A DNA stretch of 64,000 bases from a virus, in IMG/VR virus record IMGVR_UViG_3300023196_002944, positions 8,655 through 72,654 of that record. One strand, 5' to 3'. Below, one piece after another: positions 19,896 to 31,200 of the stretch. The notes beneath the pieces were generated by a model, which was not told the DNA's origin, made no database searches, and saw only the letters and a list, made by a program, of their open reading frames with translations. The stretch's first letter is position 1, and each line of letters starts with the position of its first letter. The position numbers were made by a program, and so were the translations under genes.

Positions 19896-20583
19896 AACAT
19901 TCCTTGAGTCCGATGAATCAAATGTCGTCGGGTTTGTTCTCAGCTTCAACGATGAGTTCGCCAAAGCGGGATGGCGGGCTGACTTCTACGTAGGCACGAC
20001 CTTGAGCGCGGCCACGAAGCTGTTCAGCATCAACGCCAAGACCGACCTGATCAATGGATACGATCCTGATGACCCTGACCTTCAGGCTGAACACTCAGGC
20101 TTTTTGACTTTTTTCTGGAGCTGCAAGTGGTTCGTCCTGCTGGATGCTACTCCCGGCGCACGTATTTTTGGTTTCGCTATGACGAACACCAACTCATATC
20201 TTGGGTACCCCAACATCATCGCTCGTTACCACGAAGCCACAGATGACATTCAGATTCTGTACAAGAGCAACAAGCCCTACACGTCTAACTCACATTGGTG
20301 GCATACCCGTGAATACGACGCGCAGGCCGGAGATGCAGGTACTGGGTACACCAACAGCATGATGTATCTGGAGTGGTCCTATGACACCTACGGTTCGGGG
20401 AAGTACATGCTGCCACCGAAGATTGTTAATATGGATAGTGGAGAAATAGCTGACCTTGGCACTCGTCCGGTTTATTACCCAGCAAGTATTTCGTCGAGTC
20501 CGGGGTCGTGGCGTCTAGGCTACAAGTGGCCGGGCATATGCTGTATACAATCAGATAGTCATTCGCTGCCGCTGACACCCTAA
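19768..20583 (+). CDS. Putative tail/adsorption protein, C-terminal part (start uncertain)
   Basis: Same composition as the upstream ORF, 128-nt overlap, only TTG/GTG starts with no obvious RBS. Confidence 0.5.
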   Translation: MARQKPMGTSVCSRSTSSTPLVTLERTLLASVYAPGAISFICETFLESDESNVVGFVLSFNDEFAKAGWRADFYVGTTLSAATKLFSINAKTDLINGYDPDDPDLQAEHSGFLTFFWSCKWFVLLDATPGARIFGFAMTNTNSYLGYPNIIARYHEATDDIQILYKSNKPYTSNSHWWHTREYDAQAGDAGTGYTNSMMYLEWSYDTYGSGKYMLPPKIVNMDSGEIADLGTRPVYYPASISSSPGSWRLGYKWPGICCIQSDSHSLPLTP

Positions 20584-20597
20584 TGAGGGCATGAATT

Positions 20598-21281
20598 ATG
20601 GCATTTGAAGTAACTGGCACTGGTAGCCCTGACCTAAAAGCACTAGAGGGCTGGGGCTGGGGTCAGCAATCGACTGACACCTACAACAACGCAGGTTGGG
20701 CGGATGCTGATATAGCGTCGCTCACAGCCTTCGGCCACAACTCGCCGGTCGCAGGCTTTCCTGCCTTTGGCCTGATCGCTTCAGGTTCGGTCGTTACGCA
20801 GGGGGGAGAATTCGTCTTCCCAGCCGTGACTCTGATTGGAGAGAGCGGTGGCACGCAGGACAATGCTGTCATCGGCTGGTCGGTGTCGGTTACGGGCACC
20901 TCTCTTGCACTAGGCCGCGCCCCCGACCTTCGCTTCCCAGCTTTCACGCTAGAAGGTAACGGGCTGACAGGTGCCCGTGGCACAGCAGAATTCTCCGTGC
21001 CTGACTTCCTGCTGGCAGGTTACGGTGCCGGTAATGCCATACTAAGTTGGCCGCTGTTCACTCTGAATGGCAACGGCGTTGCGATGGAAACGGGCGTCCT
21101 GCAGGACGAGTTTGAATGTGACTTCATCAATCTGTTTCCCATCACGTGGACCGTCACAGGCAGTGGCACCGTCGTGCCTTCCGGTAATGCCGTTGCTCCG
21201 TTCCCCAGTTTCACCGTTTCGACGACCCCACTACAAAGCATTACGTTCCCTGCGTTCTGGATTGATGGGAGAGCCGCATGA
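20598..21281 (+). CDS. Putative virion protein with FPAFTLxG repeats
   Basis: Recurrent FPAFGL, FPAVTL, FPAFTL, WPLFTL, FPSFTV, FPAFWI motifs. Confidence 0.6.
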   Translation: MAFEVTGTGSPDLKALEGWGWGQQSTDTYNNAGWADADIASLTAFGHNSPVAGFPAFGLIASGSVVTQGGEFVFPAVTLIGESGGTQDNAVIGWSVSVTGTSLALGRAPDLRFPAFTLEGNGLTGARGTAEFSVPDFLLAGYGAGNAILSWPLFTLNGNGVAMETGVLQDEFECDFINLFPITWTVTGSGTVVPSGNAVAPFPSFTVSTTPLQSITFPAFWIDGRAA

Positions 21282-21769
21282 CTGACACCATCTACACCAT
21301 GAATCTTCGTCACAAGGGAATGACGAAGTACACGCACATGCCGTTCACGCGAATCGTGCGGTTCAAGGACAAGATTGTTGGCATCGCCCCGGATGGCATC
21401 TACACCATTAGCAAGGATGTGACAGCAGCCAACGGCGTGAATATCGACAGCTTTGTGGCCACCGGCCAGATGGATTTCAACTCTAAGACCATCATCGGGA
21501 CCAGACAAAAGCGCGTGCCGGCGGTATACGTTGGGTACCGCTCCACAGGTGATATACTGATTTCATTGCAGGATGATGCGAAGACGGCACTGGCCTACAC
21601 GCTGCGTAAGAACCGCACGGACAAGCTGGTGCAACGCCGCATCATCGCGGCACGTAATCGTCGCGGCCGTTATTGGAAGGTGACATGGCAAAATGTCGAT
21701 GGGTGCACCTTCGACATTGACAACACCGAGTTGATTGTTGAGGTTCTGAAACGGAGGCTGAGTACATGA
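21278..21769 (+). CDS. Putative tail protein (resembles the C-terminal domain of nozzle proteins)
   Basis: IDSFVATGQMDF...QKRV..VYVGY...GRYWKV...FDIDNTEL; ATGA coupling on both sides. Confidence 0.5.
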   Translation: MTDTIYTMNLRHKGMTKYTHMPFTRIVRFKDKIVGIAPDGIYTISKDVTAANGVNIDSFVATGQMDFNSKTIIGTRQKRVPAVYVGYRSTGDILISLQDDAKTALAYTLRKNRTDKLVQRRIIAARNRRGRYWKVTWQNVDGCTFDIDNTELIVEVLKRRLST

Positions 21770-23667
21770 CTGCTGAAGCCACAGTTAATAACATCATTGA
21801 AGATGCACGGACTTACGCGGAAGAGAGCTACGATAATGGCGTCGGTCTGATCTCCGCCGCTATCAATGCTGCGCGTGGGTATACCTACATCACACTGGAG
21901 GCAAATCTTCCACAAATCGATGAAGTTGAGATTGCTACGATCCCCGATCCGGGCGACTTTACCGGGGTACTGGAAGCGCCGGGCACAGCACCTGTCCTCG
22001 GGGCATTCGGCCCAGTTCATATCCCGGTCTTCAGCGACCTCCGCGATGCGCCAGAGGCAATCGACACGTCGGGCCTTTTTCAGCATCCGTTACCTGACGG
22101 CTCGTTACCAACTCTCGAAGCGCAGGAACCGACGCTCACGGACCCGAATCTTCCTGTTACGCCCGTTCTGCAGGACATCACGTTCCCTACGCTTCGCCCC
22201 ATTGACTCGCCAGATGCGCCCAGCATCTCGTTGCCTGTCTTTGATGGCGTCCGTCCGCAGAACCCCCCAACGGCACCAAATGACTTGAAGTGTATGTTTG
22301 AAGATGCCTACAACTCTATGTTGCCGGAGATGCAGTCATACATCGACAATCAGGTGCTGTCTTTCATCGAACGGTATTACCCAGACTACAGCGCCAACAT
22401 GAGCAAGGCACAACTGCGGCTGGAGGAAATGCTAGATGGCAAGGCACTACCTGAAGAAATTGAGCAGGCAATCTTCGACCGGGCACGGGGGCGGGTTAAC
22501 CGGGAAGTTGTCCAGTCGGAAAGTACTGCGTTTGACATCTTTGCCAAGCGCGGTTTCTCCATGCCCCAAGGCATGTTGGCCGAAGAACTCTCACGGGGAC
22601 ATCAAACGGCTGCGGACCGAAACGCTGCTGCTGCTACGGAAATTGCCATAAAGCAGGCTGAACTTGCTCAGAGCAATTTGCAGTTTGCTATCTCGTCTGT
22701 GCTGAGTCTGCAGGAAGGTGTCCGCAGTGCAGCAATCCAGTATGCCTCGACCCTCGTCTCCACGAACGGAGCGGCGCTGCAGTATGCGCAGGGTCTGGTG
22801 GGCTCGGCTATCGAGTTGTACAACGTGCAGGTAAAGCAGTTTCAGGTCGAGGTCGACCTGTATCGGGCGTACGCCAGCGTCTATGAATTGGAGATCAAGT
22901 CGGAATTGGCGAAGATTCAAATCTTCGAATCCGAGGTTCGGCTGGCTGAGTTGCAGGGCACGCTGAACAAACTCGACGTGGAACTCGTCGCCCAGCAGGT
23001 AGCCGTATCCAAGAGTCGGATTGAACTCTACGCTGAAGAGATCAATGGTGTGAAACTCACGCTCGACGTGCAGGAACAGCAACTTGATTTGTACAAGGCA
23101 CAAGTGGATGCCTACTTGGCCAAAGTGAAGGTCAAAGAGTCGGAGTTCCGTATCTATGAAGCGGCGATGAATGGCGACACGATGAAGGTCCGCGCCAACA
23201 TCGCTGAGTTCGATGGGTTCCGCTCCGAGGCCGCAGCTTTGACGGCTGGTGGCCAGCTTGAGGTTGCCCATATGAGTGGTGACATCACACGTAACACGAA
23301 CATCGTTGACGTCTACAAGGCCGAAATTGCGCAGTATGCTGCGAACCTCGACTTCAACAAGACGACCTTCGAAGCTGACCTCAAAGCTTACCTGTCCTAT
23401 CTGGACCGGTACCGAATCCGCATCGACAGCGAAATCGCAGAGGCAAAGTTGATTCTTGATCAGCGGCTTGGAAACGCCGATATAGCTCACAAGGAAGCAC
23501 GGCATGACCTCGACCGGGCCATCACGAACAGCTCAAACTTCGTGAAGCTGACTGACATCGAAGCCACTACGACAATGCAGGGTGCCAAGGTGTATGCTGC
23601 TATTGCAGAGGCTGCAATTTCTGCACAGCACACCATGGTGCAACTGGTGAACCAGACGGTTCAGTGA
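21766..23667 (+). CDS. Putative virion/ejection protein with a Pro-rich segment and long coiled coil
   Basis: 633 aa; Pro-rich at about aa 50-175, then extended helical heptads. Confidence 0.6.
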   Translation: MTAEATVNNIIEDARTYAEESYDNGVGLISAAINAARGYTYITLEANLPQIDEVEIATIPDPGDFTGVLEAPGTAPVLGAFGPVHIPVFSDLRDAPEAIDTSGLFQHPLPDGSLPTLEAQEPTLTDPNLPVTPVLQDITFPTLRPIDSPDAPSISLPVFDGVRPQNPPTAPNDLKCMFEDAYNSMLPEMQSYIDNQVLSFIERYYPDYSANMSKAQLRLEEMLDGKALPEEIEQAIFDRARGRVNREVVQSESTAFDIFAKRGFSMPQGMLAEELSRGHQTAADRNAAAATEIAIKQAELAQSNLQFAISSVLSLQEGVRSAAIQYASTLVSTNGAALQYAQGLVGSAIELYNVQVKQFQVEVDLYRAYASVYELEIKSELAKIQIFESEVRLAELQGTLNKLDVELVAQQVAVSKSRIELYAEEINGVKLTLDVQEQQLDLYKAQVDAYLAKVKVKESEFRIYEAAMNGDTMKVRANIAEFDGFRSEAAALTAGGQLEVAHMSGDITRNTNIVDVYKAEIAQYAANLDFNKTTFEADLKAYLSYLDRYRIRIDSEIAEAKLILDQRLGNADIAHKEARHDLDRAITNSSNFVKLTDIEATTTMQGAKVYAAIAEAAISAQHTMVQLVNQTVQ

Positions 23668-23683
23668 GCGTTGGAGAATTGAT

Positions 23684-25195
23684 ATGCCGCATACGCCAAA
23701 TCATTTTGTGAACACACCTGTAGGCCCGACGCCAGCCCCTCGGTCACGTCGGCCAGCGCCTTCATTCACTACAGGAATCAATGAACTGGTTTCGGGGGTC
23801 ACGAATCTCCGAAAAGGGTTTCGAGCCGACGTGGAAAGCAGGGCGGGACAGCCACCGATAGGTGCCATGGAATCTATCCTCTCGGGACGTGGACTTACAG
23901 GCACAGTCAAACAGCCAACTATACCCCCAGAAGCGCAATTCCGTGGGGAGTCAGGCAGCAACGTCCAGACTGGCGCTGCGCCGCTCACTGGCTCTGCCCG
24001 TTTCTCGTCGGCTGGAGCGACCAATCCTGAGCAGCCAATGAACGTGGCTGGCAACAAACCTACATCAGCCTACCTTCTATCTGAAGAGGCTGCGCGAGAC
24101 GCTGTTGTCGAGGCCAAAACAAATCAGCGATTTGGAGAAGACAAATACCCAACCCATCCCGCTTCCACGTCGCCCCATGGGTTCATGCGCAGAGGGGGAG
24201 ATCAGCCGTTTCGATTTGACCCTGACCCCAACCGGGCGGATGAAATGAATCGGCTGCAGTCGCCGGAGTATCTTCGCTACCTGAAACAGCAAGGCGCAGA
24301 ACGGTTGCCGGAAGGCGTCAACTTCAGTGCCGAAACTGGATTTACCAGTGGCGGCGGATACGGTTCAGGCAAGACTCCACAATCAGCGCAGTATGACCGC
24401 GCTGGCGAAGCTGAATTGATTAGAGGGCGGCGTGCTGACACCGCTGCTTTCATCGAAAGTCGAGGCGGCGGGGCAGAAGGGCGGCGCGAAACCAATCTGC
24501 GCCGCAAGGCTAATGCTCGTCTGTCAGGCAACATGGGCATCGTAAGCTTCGTGACGGCCGCAGCCAACCGCAAAAATGCTCGTGATGAACTGACGCAGTT
24601 GACTACCGAAAAAGGCCGTGATCGTCGCGCCTTCCTCGCTGCTGATACCAGTCGCGCAAACGTAAGAGATCAGCAGAGCGGTGCGCTTGATCGGACGCTG
24701 ATCGGTGAGCGGGGAGACACGAATCGTGCTGTGTACAAGGCAGAACAGACCGAACGGTTGGAATCGTTCAAGCAAGGTAAACTCGACGCCCGTAATCTGT
24801 TCTCCGAAGCGGCCAAGACCAACCGCGAACTGCTGAAGCAAGAGTTTACTGCGCTGAAAGAAGTGGCTGGTAGTCGCCGTAAATTGATCACTCGTGTAGC
24901 AGAACAGCATGACTCCAACGAAGCTGATTTGATAAGTTACATTGTCGATGGTGTGCGACCGGGCATAAACCAGCAGCGCGCCGAACAGAATAAAGCCCCG
25001 CTAGGCACTGATCCCGGCTTGTGGAATGATGGTGATCTGGCACTGGCACTCAGTTCTGCGGGGCCATTCCTCGCACGGCAGGCTTCCAGCAGAACTTTCT
25101 TTGGCGATCCTGCTATCGATGCTGTTGACGCACGCCGTGAAGCGGGCTCAAATTACTTCTCTTCGCGTCGCCGGAACGACAACTCCAAAGACTGA
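23684..25195 (+). CDS. Putative internal virion (ejection) protein
   Basis: 503 aa, low-complexity and hydrophilic; RBS ggag; precedes the giant protein. Confidence 0.55.
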   Translation: MPHTPNHFVNTPVGPTPAPRSRRPAPSFTTGINELVSGVTNLRKGFRADVESRAGQPPIGAMESILSGRGLTGTVKQPTIPPEAQFRGESGSNVQTGAAPLTGSARFSSAGATNPEQPMNVAGNKPTSAYLLSEEAARDAVVEAKTNQRFGEDKYPTHPASTSPHGFMRRGGDQPFRFDPDPNRADEMNRLQSPEYLRYLKQQGAERLPEGVNFSAETGFTSGGGYGSGKTPQSAQYDRAGEAELIRGRRADTAAFIESRGGGAEGRRETNLRRKANARLSGNMGIVSFVTAAANRKNARDELTQLTTEKGRDRRAFLAADTSRANVRDQQSGALDRTLIGERGDTNRAVYKAEQTERLESFKQGKLDARNLFSEAAKTNRELLKQEFTALKEVAGSRRKLITRVAEQHDSNEADLISYIVDGVRPGINQQRAEQNKAPLGTDPGLWNDGDLALALSSAGPFLARQASSRTFFGDPAIDAVDARREAGSNYFSSRRRNDNSKD

Positions 25196-25206
25196 GGTAA
25201 CGCCCC

Positions 25207-28200
25207 ATGGCGAACGACCGTAGATTCTCAGCGACTAATGCGCTGACGCCTCGTACCATAGACGCCGACACCATCGATCTGAGGGGTCGGCGTCATCGTC
25301 TCTTCGGTGTCGGTGCCTCGGAGATGAGTACGGCTTCCGGCCGCGAGGCCACACGTCGCGCCAGTGAGTTCCTATCTCGCCCCGGCGTCACAACGCGAAC
25401 TCATGGGACGGGGTACTTCGGCCGAGCGCTATCAGAGGCTATCGGTCCTGATGGCGAGAATCTGAATGCCCGTCTTATCGAAGAAGGGCTGGCAATCTCT
25501 AGAGATTATACGGGCGTTGGAAACATCTACCCCGATGCCACGGCGAAGAGCAGACGCGAAGGCGAAGTTCCCAGTCGTGCTGCGCAGTTCCTTGAAGCCC
25601 GTGCTGCGCAGCGTGGGGACGTAGCTACTAAGTTCGACGAGAAATACGTTCCCCCAGAAGCCACGGTCACGCAGGCTCTGGGAGTCGGTGTCCGCTCTGG
25701 CGTCGACAGCCTGCAAGCTGGTGCCTACGGTATGGCCTCGGCGCTGGCCAGTATCATTTCCCCGCCTGCTGACCAGCAACCCAGTGATGACAGCGCGATT
25801 GAACGATTCGGTCGTCGCAAGCGGAATGACTTTGAGAATGGGTTCATTCGTAACAGCATCGAAGCTTCGCAGGTGCATGTAGCGCAGTCGCTCAAAGAAC
25901 TGACGGAAGGTGAAGACACCACGTTTGGTGACTGGGCACGGTGGGCCGCATTCAACGTCGGTGTTGGCGCTCCCTCGCTTGTAGCCATGGCAGCTACTAG
26001 TGGCACTGGTTTCGCCGCAGGAGCAGGCTTACGTGCTCTCAGCCTCGGTGTGGCCCGATCCCTCACCAAGAAAGGCATGAGTCGCGCTACGGCGAAACAG
26101 ATGTCAAAAGGCATCATGACCAATCTGCCGAAATACGGTGCCCGCATGGGAGCCATGATGGGGTCTGGCGTACCGCAGGGCGGTCAGATTTACGAGACGG
26201 TCAAGAATGATTACGGCGTTGATTCTGTAGGCACCGCCCTGACGACAGCCGTCATCACAGGTGGGCTGGATGTGGTTGGGCTGGAGTATGTCCTAAGAGG
26301 GCTGTTACCTGACCCGAAGAAGTACCTGTCAGAATCCATCGCTGTGAACCTCGCCAAGATGATGGCAGGCAGTTCCGCCCGAGGCATTCTTGCAGAAGCC
26401 CCGGTCGAAGCACTGCAGGAAGTCACGGCGTTGGTAGCCGAAGGCATCCATGATCCTGATGAACTGATCATGGAGAAACTGACTTCGGAAGAAGGTCGGT
26501 GGCGCATCCTTGAAGCGGCTGCGGCCGGCGCTGTGTTCGGTGGCGTGTTCGGCGGCTCTGGTGGGGTCATGTCCTACGGCCTGCAGGGTCTGCCGACGAA
26601 GCAGAAGAAAGCTAAGACCCCAGCACCAGATGCCCCGCCGCCTGATGCCCCGCCGCCTGCTATTGAGCCGCCTGATGCCCCGCCGCCTGCTGGTGCGCCG
26701 CCTGCTGGTGCGCCGCCTGCTGGTGCGCCGCCGATTGGTATTGTCTCGCCGGGCGAAGGTCCACCCCCTGATGATGGCGTACCACCAATCGGTGTCGATC
26801 CACGCAATCCGACAGCGCCACCGATCGGCCTGACGCCAACCGAAGAAGGTCGACCTGCGCCTGAGACTGTGGAGGTTTCAGAAAGAGCAACCGACGTCGA
26901 GGGCAAGCACACCTTCAGCAAGCCGCGTGAGGCGATGGAGTTCGCCAAGAACGTAAAGAAACTGTACCCCGCAGCACAGGTCAAACAGACTCGTCTTGAA
27001 GTCGAAGTGAAATTCCCAATTGATGAGGCTCCGACTGATACCGGAGTAGACCCGCGTGCTGCAAAGCCGACTGAGGCTCCAACCACTACGTCCCCAGTCG
27101 CTGAGACGCCAGCACCCGAGGCTCCCAAGACTGAGGCTCCAGTTGCTGCGCCTGTCGAGTTCAATGAAGGTGATAAAAAGCGTGGGCACAAAACAAAGCA
27201 GGAAGATCACGAAGTTGCGCTTGCCGACGGTTCTAGGCATGTCGTTAAAGGTCGCACTGTTGTGCCGCCAGAAGGTTTTGAAGACGTTCGGCTCATCGTC
27301 CACAAGATTGTAGGCGGAAAAGAATGGAAAGTTACAGAACTCGAAACTGGATACGGTATTGGTGGCACCTCCGCAACCATGAAAGAAGCCGTCGCAAACG
27401 CAAAGAAAAAGCTAAAAGATGTTGGGCGTACAGAATTCGATCTCGCTTTTGCAAGAACGCAGGAAAAAATTGCTGGTAAGGAAGCTCCGAAGACCGAAGC
27501 TCCGAAGACCGAAGCTCCGAAAGTTCCAAGGACTCCTGAAGAGTTCAAAGCGCAGCAGGAACAACGTCGTGTTGAATCTCAGGAGCGCGCTGAAAAAGAA
27601 ATCGCTGAAGTCGAAGCAGCGGGCGGTAAGGCCCGCAAGTCCAAGGGCGGCGACAAACGCGGCATCATGGAGTTTGCTGATCGTGACAAGTTCGTTGCTT
27701 ATCTGAAAGGAAAAGGCCGCGAAGATTTTATCATTGAAAATATCCTGCGTGGGCAGAGTGGCCCGTTTACTCACTTGATGGAGTATGCGCAGACTGAACA
27801 CTTCACTGCGAAGCCTGCTGCGAAGCCTGCTGCGAAGCCTGCTGCGAAGCCTGCTGCGAAGCCTGCTGCGAAGTCCGAAGTTAAATTTCTATCTAACGAA
27901 GACAAAGATGCGCTGATCGCTGTCGAAGGTGTCGTCAGCAAACTGCCGCAGGTTTTGCGCTCTCGTATAGTCAATGTAGTAGCGAAGTCCCTCGGCATAG
28001 GTGCTATCAATGAAGGACAAGTCATTGAGTGGGCAAACCGCACTTACGGAACAAACTTCAACATAGAAGCCAAGCCTTCAGATGTAAAGAAACCTGCTGC
28101 CAAGTCTGAACCGCACGAAGCTGATCCCGGTGTAAACCCACGTGCGCGTCCAGCGAAGGCTCCTGTTACTACAGCCCCGCGCCGTGCACCTAGTAACCAA

Positions 28201-31200
28201 GGTGCCAAGGGCCGGGCAGCGCGGAAACGGAGAAACGAGGCAGCGAGGCAGACTGCGCCTGCTACATCGCAGGAAGCGGCTCCGCTGCATAAGGTCGCGC
28301 CTGCAAGTGTCGCCGCCGGCACGCCGGGGATTGCCTATTCAGGTGGTGCCATAGGTTCTGACTCTGTGTGGTCTGCTGCGCTGGCTGACAAAGACGTGCC
28401 GACTGTACACATGTCGTTCGCTGGCCACAGCATAAATAAGAATGCACGCGGCCAACGTGTAGAGTTGACTCCTGAACAACTGACTGAGGCCGATGCAGCG
28501 TACAGACGTGCACGTGGTCGCCTTAATAGAAGCGGCAAACCCAGTACTGACTTTGCTACCAATCTGCAGCGCCGCAACTATTTCCAAGTGCGCGATGCCG
28601 ATGCGGTCTACGCCGTAGGTGAACTCATCATCGACAAGCGAGGGGCTGTGTCTGGTGGGACAGGGTATGCCGTTGAGTACGCCGTGCAGATGGACAAGCC
28701 TGTATTCCTGTTTGATCAGAAGCAGAACCGGTGGTTCAGCATCACCAAGGGAGCGCAGAACAACGTCGTCAAGCCTGCGGAAGTCACTCGACTGGAAGGC
28801 GACACTGTTGCGCTGATTGGCACGCGGAAGATCAGTAAGCAGGCCAAGGAAGTCATCTACACGCTGGTAGATAACACCTACAGTGTCGACCGAGGCAATG
28901 CCCCCGGTCCCACAGATGCCATGGCTGATGGTGTAGCACCAGAAGATGCAGGTGTAGGCCCGATCCAAAAAGATACGCCCGCTGTAATTGCGGTCATGAA
29001 CAGACTCAATTCACTCTTTGGCAAAGTCGAACTCAGCGACGGAGCCTATGGCAAAGGGTTAATAGCCGCAGTCAGTAAACATCTGCTGACTGACGCTGCA
29101 AATGCCAAGGGAATCCTCACGGTCGTCGAAGAGTACACGCAGAACTTTGTTACGGACCACATCTTCGATAGCCCGAAGGCGTTAATCGGCGTGCCTCTTA
29201 TTGGCCTCGACGCCCAGTTCTTCAGTTCTCAATTTGCAACTTGGAACCGCAGTAATACTTTTGAGAAACTGAATAAGGCGTTTCCGATGAATCGGAACCG
29301 CATGGTGTCAATCAACACACGCCCAGAATACAGCCTCCACGAATCGTCTGACCTCAGATACCGCGATACTTATGTGTTTGAACTTAGAAAGCCTGATGCG
29401 CGGGAATTCCGATTGACGAAACTGGCACGAAGCTGGGCAAACATGCTTGGCCTGAAACGATATGCAAAGCAGATAACAGTTACGCTTCGTGACCCAGAAG
29501 ATAGCCGCGATGACGCGTATCTTTGGGGCATATATGGCATGGCCTACACCAATGAGGCCATCATTTACATCAATCCCACACTGCTCGACCCAGCAGTGTT
29601 AAAAGACAATGCTGCGCTGAAAGGTGTTCTCGCTCATGAATTCGGGCATCTCGTTCATCGCGCAGTGATCGATGGGATGCTAGAGACGGCAGAAGGGGAC
29701 TACTTCACTCTGCTAAAAGAAATGCGGCAGTCCTACCGTACGTTTGCAGGGTTGAAACGTGGCAGCGGCGTTGTGACTGACGGCCTGACAGATCGTGCCA
29801 ATAAACTGATGGATGAGTTTAATGGCCTGCAGTCAGCACTCGTAGCTGGCACTTTGAATGATGCCGAATTCGCAGCCGCTCTCAAACAGCTTACGCCATT
29901 CATAGATACCGTCTCACAGCAGCGTGGCTTCGTTGCATCACAAGAAGTTGTAGATACGTTGCGCGTTGAGCGAGGCCAAACGCTGGCCCGCACTCCTGCC
30001 ATGACTAGTTTCATACTGGCTGTGCAGAATGGTGATCCCATCACGGATGCAATGCGAGAAAGCGCATTGAGTGATGCGCAGGATACGGTAAAGAATTTCA
30101 TCTCTAGTTATATAATTAGCCAGCCCGAGTGGTATGCCGATCAAATTGGGGCGTGGCTAAACACTAAGGAAGAGCCGAAGACAGTACTGGAGCGTTTCTT
30201 TGCCGGCCTCGCGGCGGCGATCAAGAAACTGTTTGGTCAGGCACCGCAGACGTCAGCCGACTTTGCTGGTAAGCCACCAGTCAATTCTGTCCAGAAGTTC
30301 ATGGACAGTCTGCTGGCTACATCCCGACCAATTAAGTCCAAGCCTAAGAAGCATGTGTTCAATCAGCAAGCCGAAGCGGTGCTGGATGCCATCATTGAAG
30401 AGATTGAACGCGACCCTGTAGCCAAGATCGCTGTGACTACCGTCCTAGAAGGTGATGTCACGCGCATTGGGCCGAAGCGTTCTATTGAATGGCTGCGTAA
30501 TCGGCTGAAGTTAATCTTTGATGGTACGAACGCCGAGATCGAAAATGCAATCTGGGGTGCGTTCTATATCGTATCGATGGGGGACATGTACAACGAACTG
30601 ACCCGCAACGATCCGCAGACAGACTGGGTGCCGGGCGAAGACTTGATTGTGGCCGATGATGATGGTGGCAAGGGGTCACCGTGGCGCACCGGGTTTGTGA
30701 GTGTCATCAATAACATTCGTGGCAAGCACGGTCAGGTTGCCGGCATCGACGTAGGATTCTCACTGAAGAGCATCTTCCCAAGCGGCTATGACAATAAAGG
30801 TATGGGAGCGCTGGTCAATAACCCGCGTCGTTTGCGCTCTGTCGTGGGCGGCATGCTGCCAACGGGTTACTACAACGCCCTGTCCGTAGCCTTGGAGCAG
30901 GCACGTCTGAAAATTCAGGCGGCTCCTGAGTACAACGCACAGGCCGAACGCATATATAAGAGTTTCCTAATAAACAAACGCGGCCTGCAGCGTGACTCCG
31001 AGAACCCGAATATCATTCATGTTCCAGTATCTCCGATGTTGTTTGATGCACTGGACACCAAGCACAAGGCCAAGATCGATCAGTTCATTGCTGAACAGCA
31101 GCAGTGGGCCAAGGACAATAATGTCGAGACGGCCATGACGCGGGAATCATTGATGGACCCACAGGGTCTGAACCAACTCTTCCTGACGTACAACCCCGAC

